Source: Nitrospirota bacterium (GTDB lineage: Bacteria > Nitrospirota > UBA9217). Taken from it: 64,000 nucleotides of DNA. The stretch's first letter is position 1. Every line of letters begins with the position of its first letter. The notes below the pieces were generated by a model. It was not told where the DNA came from and ran no database searches. It saw nothing but the letters and a program-made list of their open reading frames with translations. Shown in pieces: positions 31,201-38,532 of the stretch. The position numbers and the translations under genes are program-made. The DNA lies in the NCBI GenBank assembly GCA_963754875.1, contig CAVWHO010000016.1, positions 64,001 through 128,000 of the forward strand, in the 5' to 3' direction.

Positions 31201-34200
31201 GCCGATGTTTCGCTTGACGTGACCGTAACAACGTACGCTGTGCTATCGGCCGAAAGAACAGACATCCCTGAAGCTGCTTCCTACCTCGCCATCGCACTTG
31301 GAGCCGGCGACTACCTCTGCAAGAGGATAAAAGAACACGCTGCAGGAAGAGTTCAATTCCCGGGCCAGATGCTCGACACCGAGGGCAGGGATGGTATTGC
31401 GAAGCTCGGCGCAGTCAAGGCCATGATCGCCAGAACTGAAGCGTGGCGGCTCCTGCTTGAGAACCTTTACGACGTTTATGCCAAACCGGAAAGCCGAAAT
31501 CCGCAAACCGAAATGAATTTCTCCCTCATCTGCACTTCGCTCGCTGCCATGTCTTTCAGCCCGGAGCCGGGCGCCATGGGATACGATGCGGGCCAGGTCT
31601 TCGGCGGATTCGCGTACTCCGAAGACGACCTGCTCTCGCGGTTCTACCGGGACAGCGCTCTCTTCCGGTTCCTGGCGCCGGGATACGGCGCATCGACTAA
31701 GCTGCATGCCGCTCTCGTCTCCCTCAGTGATGACATCGTGTTTTCCGGCTTTGGCGACCTCGGAAAAATTCAAAATGCACCGCTCAGGGACTTCGTGCAC
31801 GGCCTTTCGGACGTTGAGAACAAATGCCGTACCCTGCCCGAAAAAGCAGATCCGGGTCTCACGGGTGAAGCGCAAGCCGTCATCATCGGCATTCGCAGGC
31901 TTCTCATCAGCATTGAAAACGGACTGAACCAGGGCAGGAGCACGGAACGAGAAGCTGCTGCCGCAGAAGTGCTCCTTGGTCTGGCGGAAGACGCGCTTCA
32001 GAAGGCCCGTCTCTCAACAGGACGCGGCCGCGTATCGCCCTTTGCTCTGTTCCCGGTGGAGCCCGGAGGTACGCCCGCCACGCTCGACAGGGACTATGAA
32101 TCCTTCTGCAGAGCGCCCGGCGCTCCGCATATATCGGGTAGCTTCCTCCTGTCTGCATTCGACCGGGCATTGCGTTTTGTCCCTGAAGTGCAGCTCCATG
32201 ACGCCCGCCTCCGAAACCGCTGGACCGAACTCACTGATTGGTTCAAACAGAACTGCCGCGACAAGAAATTCGAGGGACTTTTTATCGAACGGTATATCGA
32301 GAAAATCCACGGCCTTCCTGACGAGGTCATCGATGCCGTCAAGAACAATAAGTGGCTCGCCACGTACGTTCCGAAATCCGAGGACGGGCTCGGATGGCGC
32401 AAGGCTGAATATTACATCCTGAATTCCGCGGCAGGGAGCTTCGGTGACGCAGGCATCGATCTCCTCATCATGGCAAGCACGAGCATCGGCACAACACCCA
32501 TTCTCCTGGGACTCGAGGACGAGCTGCCGCGCGTGCGCCAGGAACTGGCGCCCCTGGCACAGGATGCAGGCATTCTGGGCGAGATCAACACAAAGCTTTC
32601 CAGGATCATCGGGATGTTCTCGAACCCCAACCCGTCCCTGATCAGGAAAGAATACGAAGCGCTGATAAAACTCGTGGACGTCCGGGTCCGCCGCACCCGA
32701 GTGGTCAAGTATCTGGCCGCAAATTTCCTGCGCGCTTTTTACAGCGCAGGCATTGCAGGCAGGCGCGGCGATTTCAGCGGGTTCACTGCAAACCTCAAAC
32801 ACGCAGGCGGCCTTTTCGAAAACATCATGCCCGATGTCCGTGCCGCCCTGGAAGAACTTCCTCGGCGCGAGCGATGCCATAAACTTTTCCTCCGTTATCT
32901 TGGCCACGGCGGCGTGAGCGCCTTTGCTCTTACTGAACCGACCGCGGGCTCGGACTCCGGCGGTGTCAAGACCACGGCGAAGTTAGAGACGATAAAACTC
33001 CTTCCCCGTGATGACGGAAGGTATGCTTTCCAGCTTGACGGGCAGAACGACAAAAGCGAGCGCTATTTGATCGACGCAGACAAGATTGCCTTTACCGATC
33101 GGGGTATCTCATATCAGACGCCGGACGGGCAGTCTGCGTTAATTCAATATGACCGCTATGATTATGCAACTGACCAGGGGACGAGATACTACCTGTACCA
33201 GGGGAACGTCTGCGAGTTCCATGACATCGGCCAGGTGCGAAAGACCAATGCCGGGCTTACGTATGAGTATTACAGCCTGACCGGTGCGAAGATGTGGATC
33301 ACGAACGGAAGCATCGCGACCCAATTTTCCCTTTTTGCCCAGACAAACGAAGGCGTCACAGGTTTCATGGTGGACCGGCACAGCGAAGGACTCAAGGTCG
33401 GGGCGGACGAAGAAAAAATGGGGCAGCGAGGCTCGCCTACGAACGAAATCTCGATCGACGCTGTGCGCGTTCCGCGCGAGGCCGTGATCGGCTACGAAGG
33501 CCACGGCCAGGTGAATGCCCTCGAAACGCTGAACGTCGGGCGCTGCGGTCTTTCCGTCGTGTCCGGCGCGCTCAGTCGCAAGCTGTTGGAAGAAGCACGC
33601 CGAAATATTCCCTCAACGCCGGAGCGGGACCGATTGCTCGGCGAAGCTGCAGCGATCATGTTCGGCAGCGAGTCCCTTGCCTACTACCTCGTAGGCCTAT
33701 TCGACCGGCCTCACGAGTCGGTCCGCATGGAGTCAGCAATTGCAAAATATGTCTGCTCCGACGATATCCATGAACTCATCTCGCTCGTCGAGTATGCCTA
33801 CGGCCCCTCCGGCCAGACGGAAAAGTTCCTGCTCGAAAAAGCGCGGCGCGATGCGCGCATCCTGACCATCTACGAAGGAACGAATGAAGTGCAGCGATTT
33901 TTGATCCTGAAGGACCTGATCGCCATGGCCCCAGCCTGGTCCGAGATACCCGTGCCGCAGGATGATCCCGCATCACGAACGCTTGCAGAATGGAAGAACA
34001 AGCTGAGAAACCAGGTGAAGGAAGCGGCCCGCTTGCTCGGCGATGCGTCGTGGTCCGACGCGATGCTCCAGCCCGCACTTTTCCCAATTGCCGATACGGC
34101 GGGTGAGGTCCTGCGGCTTGACTGCATATACTACCGCATGGAGTGGCTCGAACAGCAAAGAGCGGTCCTCGAACAGGGAGATCGGGACTACGTGCTCGAT

Positions 34201-36138
34201 CTCCTTGATGCCGGCAATCGCGCTGCAGAAAGGTCCCTCGCGCGGCTTGCTTATCTCGACAAAAAGTACTCCTCTGCCCTGGCGCTCCTCCGGGAAAACA
34301 ACACTATGCCCGAGGTACGCGCTGCGGATGCCGCCCTTGATGCTTTTGCGGAACACGAAAGGGTGGCTGGCCCTTCTCCCGGCAGCGTGCGGGCCCAACT
34401 GAACTGCCTCGTCATTGTCCGGCCCGTTGCCGAACTTTCTCCGCGCCCGAGGATCGCGGACAACGCGCTTCAGGAGATCCTGTGGCAACTTGATCCATGC
34501 GATCTTTCCGGTCTGGTCCAAATGCGGGAACTCAAACAAGCAAGCGATTCCAGCCTGACCATCGACGTGCTCATGCCCGGCGGCCCCGAGTTTGATCATC
34601 TTTTGAGAACAGCGGCAGGCGCCCGCGCAGACAACCTCCTTCGCCTTGCTGTCGATCCTGCGGCAGGTCCGGGATCTTACGTGAAGGCCGTGAAAGACCT
34701 CGAAGTGCTGAGACCATACGATCTCATCGTGATTGGTGCAGACTGCCTCGATGGCGACCGGAGTCTCGGCGCCTATTTGGCAGGATGTTTCAAGAAGAAC
34801 CTTTACCGCAGAGACCGAATCGAAGCCAAACCGGACGGGACCGGCTTGACCCGTGTCGTACTGCCGGCAGTGATCAGCATGACCTCGCCAGTGAAGGACA
34901 AGGGCTGCGACATGAAATCGGCCGTAGCCGCCGCCTTTTCGATTATACGGGTAATCGGGCCTTCGATGAATGAGCCATCGACCGAGCCCGGTCGTTACGA
35001 ACGAGTATCCGGGAAAGAAACCATTGCGCAGACTGTGACGGACACGGCTTCGGCAGCGGTCTATCTCAAGGAGTTTGCAGCTTCAGCGAGTGCTGCAGCT
35101 GCCGGAGAGTATGCCGGTCCGGTAAAGAAGGGAACGTTTGCGCAGGACAGTGCGGTCTGGGCTTTGCTCGGACCTCATGAGCAGAAATCCAACATCGCGG
35201 TGCTCCGTGCTGCACGGCTTGCTGCCGACCTTACTGGCAGGAAGGCGCGTGCCGTCATCCCCGCACCGAGAGGAATGTGGCCAGCTCTCCTCGGGCTTGC
35301 AAAAGCCCAGGGGTGTGAGCAGGCATTCTGTGTGGACACGCAGGACAATAGGTTGTCGAGTGAGGGAAAGCGAAAAATCGTCCGCGTTGTCCAAAAGACA
35401 GCGGACGAGACATTTCTCTGTGCAGGGCCGGAATGGACAGGCGCATTCGCCTACGCCGGCGGCGAGTCCGACAACCCCAAGTCGCCTGTCCTTCTCTGCT
35501 CCGGAGTTACGGGAATTGAAAAAGGAGGGACCGGCTCTCTCGCCTTTGCGCTTCAGTCCTATGAAGGTAAACTCGTCCGGCGTTTAGTGCAGAAACGCGG
35601 TTCTTCTTTCATCACCACTGTCCCTGAAGCAGATTTCCCTGTTGCTCCGGAAGCGTTGACGTTCGACGCCGCAGTCCTCGACTTTGCAATTGACCCCGAA
35701 TTACTCATGCCTTTGCCGCCCGTAGCAGCCCCAACGCTCTCGCAGGCGGACGTTATCATCGATCTCGGTTACGGTATCAAGGATAAGGCGGGGCGTGAAC
35801 TGGCGGAAAAACTCAGGACAAAACTCGAGGCACTGGGACTCGCACCGATGTTCGGCGCAACGCGCAAGGTGACGCAGGACTTGAAGCTCCTGCCGCTGGA
35901 CGCCCAGATCGGCCAGACGGGCATCCGCGTCAACCCGAAGCTCATCATTGCGCTCGGCATCTCGGGCGCGCCGCAGCATATCGACTACGTCGGCACACGC
36001 GCGGAGATTCTCTGCTTCAATAAAGACCCCGAGGCTCCGCTCATGAAGCTGAACCAGACGAGGCCTTCACCGCGCGTTCATCCCATCGTGGGTGATCTTT
36101 TCGTGACGGTGCGGGAGATCATCGCCAGGCTTTCGTAA
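28219..36138 (+). CDS. 2639-aa fusion: FixC/ETF-QO flavoprotein, FixX ferredoxin, ACAD, ACAD, EtfB, EtfA
   Basis: GAGPAG and GAENWSG (FixC); CPA...CIKCESC (FixX); RVQFPG and QVFGGFAY (ACAD 1); AFALTEPTAGSD, KMWITNG, KMGQRGS and IYEGTNEVQR (ACAD 2); LVIVRPV..LDPCD..DLIVIG (EtfB); QIGQTG and GISGAPQH..NKDPEAP (EtfA). TAAGGAG RBS. Confidence 0.9.
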   Translation: MNHYRFDVAIIGAGPAGVAAAGSLAGSGITVALVEAGVYAGAENWSGCVYFTENLAEKDCFGAEAIEAAPFERRIARRGTLMHNGIDVIGIELTSLEAFKNCYTVLRPVFDPYFAHLAREKGAVHITGTTVTSLIRKEGRVVGVMTDRGPLYAGVVFLAEGDASHLVRSEQLENTAQPHFLQGVKAVLSLASEEIEKRFKLDPGKGAAYELLLRNPSLSGRTAKLNVGGFLYTNRDSLSMGYVVPLDNLRDYYRGSHDMLFEWMRGLPYLRELTEGAALSAYGTKIIRSGGWRERPVLVQNGLAVGGASTGLGVDIPFPNFTGPASATGLYFARAVKNIFKRGGAFDAKTLSREYLEPLLESVHGENSRYLSAWPGYFGKSNVLFSRTVDMACGSVHFLSKKDIVETGRFLRNHVLSVRGIKESIVDTMHAISALRLWRPLAKTVINPLTIGRWFANLFKRAPAPDRKLGFIIQIAGKERNAASLPWPTGSLVRRLSPALVLALEQIYANDNRPAEKKFSHAVRSLLQGLKLTDFIILPAFGFVLVFFALGTALWDAFRFYLLKTPVDKLLAEPVMAYNESLRKARDLDAVKPRQSLEAKLATNTYHVGDASHIRTLWPEAIPAHPDMSQAALWWLCPARVYVYDAPLAGRGKVTVNFENCIKCESCWRAEPQRVLWGRHTDHKLIYRPDSAAIPVLLHALRENLPSRKGTHPAIAPLDEKLWYLNEDVLQLGQEAFNASSAFIDAVAKLPASSDRGRNAWPLSLGKRLSEKLLKLEAAFTNDGRYAQAEIIQVERKDIELKLTEGRLLHALYCCRRFEQGILSWVREDDGYTIPASTVKKYDRTLSYEEVSRIFPDRIVKQWEEEFMPDAWAETLRQFILEQRDKPLEAIRALSSVNPALGLIAAHQLLANELLTKSSIEPGPGICAAAADHLDIEEEGSGSVRIKGPLSLVPIAASRTLLLTSGGKGYIIPLADAGVTISHTPTIGFRAAGFADVSLDVTVTTYAVLSAERTDIPEAASYLAIALGAGDYLCKRIKEHAAGRVQFPGQMLDTEGRDGIAKLGAVKAMIARTEAWRLLLENLYDVYAKPESRNPQTEMNFSLICTSLAAMSFSPEPGAMGYDAGQVFGGFAYSEDDLLSRFYRDSALFRFLAPGYGASTKLHAALVSLSDDIVFSGFGDLGKIQNAPLRDFVHGLSDVENKCRTLPEKADPGLTGEAQAVIIGIRRLLISIENGLNQGRSTEREAAAAEVLLGLAEDALQKARLSTGRGRVSPFALFPVEPGGTPATLDRDYESFCRAPGAPHISGSFLLSAFDRALRFVPEVQLHDARLRNRWTELTDWFKQNCRDKKFEGLFIERYIEKIHGLPDEVIDAVKNNKWLATYVPKSEDGLGWRKAEYYILNSAAGSFGDAGIDLLIMASTSIGTTPILLGLEDELPRVRQELAPLAQDAGILGEINTKLSRIIGMFSNPNPSLIRKEYEALIKLVDVRVRRTRVVKYLAANFLRAFYSAGIAGRRGDFSGFTANLKHAGGLFENIMPDVRAALEELPRRERCHKLFLRYLGHGGVSAFALTEPTAGSDSGGVKTTAKLETIKLLPRDDGRYAFQLDGQNDKSERYLIDADKIAFTDRGISYQTPDGQSALIQYDRYDYATDQGTRYYLYQGNVCEFHDIGQVRKTNAGLTYEYYSLTGAKMWITNGSIATQFSLFAQTNEGVTGFMVDRHSEGLKVGADEEKMGQRGSPTNEISIDAVRVPREAVIGYEGHGQVNALETLNVGRCGLSVVSGALSRKLLEEARRNIPSTPERDRLLGEAAAIMFGSESLAYYLVGLFDRPHESVRMESAIAKYVCSDDIHELISLVEYAYGPSGQTEKFLLEKARRDARILTIYEGTNEVQRFLILKDLIAMAPAWSEIPVPQDDPASRTLAEWKNKLRNQVKEAARLLGDASWSDAMLQPALFPIADTAGEVLRLDCIYYRMEWLEQQRAVLEQGDRDYVLDLLDAGNRAAERSLARLAYLDKKYSSALALLRENNTMPEVRAADAALDAFAEHERVAGPSPGSVRAQLNCLVIVRPVAELSPRPRIADNALQEILWQLDPCDLSGLVQMRELKQASDSSLTIDVLMPGGPEFDHLLRTAAGARADNLLRLAVDPAAGPGSYVKAVKDLEVLRPYDLIVIGADCLDGDRSLGAYLAGCFKKNLYRRDRIEAKPDGTGLTRVVLPAVISMTSPVKDKGCDMKSAVAAAFSIIRVIGPSMNEPSTEPGRYERVSGKETIAQTVTDTASAAVYLKEFAASASAAAAGEYAGPVKKGTFAQDSAVWALLGPHEQKSNIAVLRAARLAADLTGRKARAVIPAPRGMWPALLGLAKAQGCEQAFCVDTQDNRLSSEGKRKIVRVVQKTADETFLCAGPEWTGAFAYAGGESDNPKSPVLLCSGVTGIEKGGTGSLAFALQSYEGKLVRRLVQKRGSSFITTVPEADFPVAPEALTFDAAVLDFAIDPELLMPLPPVAAPTLSQADVIIDLGYGIKDKAGRELAEKLRTKLEALGLAPMFGATRKVTQDLKLLPLDAQIGQTGIRVNPKLIIALGISGAPQHIDYVGTRAEILCFNKDPEAPLMKLNQTRPSPRVHPIVGDLFVTVREIIARLS

Positions 36139-36510
36139 CTGCAAGGGGATGTTGAAGAAACGGGGCTTTCATAAACCATAATGCCGACTCGATGCAGAAT
36201 GAGGGACATGCGGTTTTGCGCACGATGTTTGGAGGGTGCGTCCCTTCGGGGGGAGCAGGCATCAACAGTTCTTTGTTACATGCATTTTCCCGATATGTAG
36301 AAATGTATAAGTCAAAAACAGCGAGACGCTCCCCAGACGAGGTATCTCGTAGGCTATCAGCGGCAGCTCTGGGAGGATTTCACGCCGGACTCCCGTAGGA
36401 ATTGGGGATCATTAGGTTATTGCCCGACCGGTCTTCTCTCGAATCGCAGTACCCCGCTTCGACCATTCCAGTATACCGACAGGTGTTAATAACCTTCACT
36501 CACTCGATAT

Positions 36511-37161
36511 CTACTGCCCCCCGCGCACAGGCCATACATAGAAATATCTGGTCTTATTGAGGTATTTCATGTTGCCCCAGACCATGTCGACGGCCCATGC
36601 CATGGCTGCATCGTTGGTATACGAGGTAGACGACCAATAGAAGTCGCTGGCCCGTACATTGGTGAATCCCTGGCTATTCAGCCATTCGGCGGTATTGGTC
36701 TGAGCGTTGTTAACAAGGCTTCCTATCTCCTTGAAGTTCGGCAAGCGCCAGTCATTATGTCCCAGGTATTTTTCAGCATTCAGTTTTGCCACATAATCAA
36801 GGGCATGCTGCCATGTAACCGCTCCGACGAATGTCTGGCTTTCTTTCCAATTAGGATCTCTTGTCTGCATAAGATTGCCGTTGGGCGCCCAGACAAGCCC
36901 CGTTAGATTGTCGGTAACCGTGGTATCAGCGTTTGCGGTAAACCGCTGAGTCGGCCAGGCAGCGCCTTTTTGCAGTTCTCCATCCTGCCCTGTATTCGTA
37001 CAGGATATGACGTTGCCTGAGCTGTCATAACAAGTCGTCTGGCCGGTCTTGGGAAGTCTGATTGCGGTATCCTTACTTCCACCATTGCCTACACTGACAA
37101 TACCCGTCACTATAATAACCGGCAATAATGCCGCAAACCAAAAGCCCTGTCGTACTTTCAT
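36511..37161 (-). CDS. DUF1566 (Lcl C-terminal) domain secreted protein
   Basis: LPKTGQTTCY, TVTDNLTGLVW, DWRLPN, YWSSTS and VWPVRGG. Confidence 0.88.
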   Translation of the reverse strand: MKVRQGFWFAALLPVIIVTGIVSVGNGGSKDTAIRLPKTGQTTCYDSSGNVISCTNTGQDGELQKGAAWPTQRFTANADTTVTDNLTGLVWAPNGNLMQTRDPNWKESQTFVGAVTWQHALDYVAKLNAEKYLGHNDWRLPNFKEIGSLVNNAQTNTAEWLNSQGFTNVRASDFYWSSTSYTNDAAMAWAVDMVWGNMKYLNKTRYFYVWPVRGGQ

Positions 37162-37217
37162 GTCATAACCTCCCTATATTGAAATTAATCGATACGCTGT
37201 TAATGTCTACGACCATT

Positions 37218-37406
37218 TCATCGTATTTCCGTCTTGAAAAGCCAGCCCTGCGTCAACGTTATCAAAGCGGGCAGATACAGTATCGTCATTAAAGCGCTTA
37301 ACAGCATCATGCTGACGATGAAAGCGCCCACCGTAATATAGGTGTAGACCTGGCACAGTTCGTCATGGACGCACATGATCGACACATTTTTTACTATTTT
37401 GGTCAT
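37218..37406 (-). pseudogene. Chimeric remnant: possible DsrE-like N-terminus joined to an MMPL/RND-like last TM helix
   Basis: AAGGAG RBS, MTKIVKNVSIMCVHDELCQVY, then YITVGAFIVSMMLLSALMTILYLPALITL. Confidence 0.45.
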
Positions 37407-37746
37407 AGTGTTTCTCCTTATACATGCCAAGTTCTTTTCTCCCTGTAACCGGAGCATCACCAAAAAGCTGTTCCAGGCCATCCTGCATCAGGCTGCATGC
37501 CTGACAAATTTTCTTGTTGGCGATTCCATAATAAACATTCGTGCCTTCTCTTCTTGTCGTGACGATGCGCTCCATGCGCATGAGGGCCAGGTGCTGCAAC
37601 GAATTCGCCTTTGAAACTCCGAGTTTTTCGGTGATCTCGCCGGCAGTCAGTTCGCCTTCTCTAAGCAGGCAGAGTATCTCAAGCCTCGTGGGATTGGGAA
37701 ATATCTTGCAAAAATCAGCGTGCAGCTTCAATATCTCTTTCTTCAT
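37363..37746 (-). CDS. ArsR/SmtB-family repressor, possibly persulfide-sensing
   Basis: NPTRLEILCLLR, LTAGEI, QHLALMR and RREGTNVYY. The ATG overlaps the sqr stop codon (ATGA). Confidence 0.85.
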   Translation of the reverse strand: MKKEILKLHADFCKIFPNPTRLEILCLLREGELTAGEITEKLGVSKANSLQHLALMRMERIVTTRREGTNVYYGIANKKICQACSLMQDGLEQLFGDAPVTGRKELGMYKEKHYDQNSKKCVDHVRP

Positions 37747-38245
37747 GGCAGATTGCTGAACCCCCTCTTCATCTTCCAGAGGAAGTATTTCTCGAACCGG
37801 ACCTTCATCCACTTCGCCCAGATGGTCTTCTTCGAATAGGAACTCTGGCGCGGCGGAAGCACGGGATAGGCCTTCATGTATGCGGCTGTGTTTCCCATGT
37901 CCATGAGACAAACCACGCCGATTTCCGACGGAGGAGGCGGGGTCTTCCCGGTGATGCCGGCAGCGATAGTTGCCGCGGCAATCTTCGCCATCTTCACCGT
38001 CATAAATCCGGTCTTGGGAACGCCCCGTCGGCACCGGCGTCGCCTCCGGCGGTGCGATGGCCATGGTAACGCCGATGGCAAAAATATTTTTAAATTTCGT
38101 GTGACGATAGTTCTTGTCAACCGGGATGAACCCGCGGGGATTTCCCAACGGCATGACGGCAGGCACGCCTTTGAACGGCGGCGCGATCATGGCGAGTTTG
38201 AAGGGTAGCTTTGTGCCGTCCTTGAGTTTGATTTCTCCGGGCGTC
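37743..38245 (-). pseudogene. sqr: 5'-truncated sulfide:quinone oxidoreductase (C-terminal part), with a frameshift near 38025
   Basis: PPFKGV, GFIPVD, NIFAIGV, TPVPTG|VPKTG, VCLMDMG and KVRFEKYFLWK; the N-terminal FAD domain is absent. Confidence 0.85.
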
Positions 38246-38413
38246 TTACGCCCGATTGCAGGGCCGGCGGGAGATCTTTTCCCACGTATCCCCGTCCACC
38301 TCATTAATATACTCTTTGATCGAAAAAACTTTGCCGCACGACGTGCAGCGGAAGGTGATTGTTTTTCAGCCGATGCGGAGTTCGACTTCTTTGCCGCAGA
38401 TCTTACACTTCAT
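38246..38413 (-). CDS. Small dual-CxxC probable selenoprotein (55 aa, in-frame TGA at codon 16)
   Basis: GAGG RBS; MKCKICGKEVELRIG-U-KTITFRCTSCGKVFSIKEYINEVDGDTWEKISRRPCNRA*; SECIS-like hairpin downstream of the TGA. Confidence 0.8.
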
Positions 38414-38532
38414 AAAAACCTCGACAAAGAACAGGTGTCAGCAGCCAGAATCCAGTAGTCAGGAGAACACGCCGACAATAATCGCAACCAAGCTTCTGGA
38501 TTCCAACTTCTGGCTCCTGCATACTGCGGCTC

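Noticed and set aside
32510..33280. Inserts in the ACAD domain as inteins
   Set aside because: No Cys/Ser start with His-Asn end and no splicing-block motifs.
36140..36500. Intergenic stretch after the megafusion as an IS end or ncRNA
   Set aside because: No paired terminal repeats, transposase remnant or convincing fold was seen.
37363..38304. 313-aa ORF suggesting an SQR-ArsR fusion
   Set aside because: It arises from the frameshift near 38025; in the corrected frame sqr stops at 37743 and ArsR has its own ATG.
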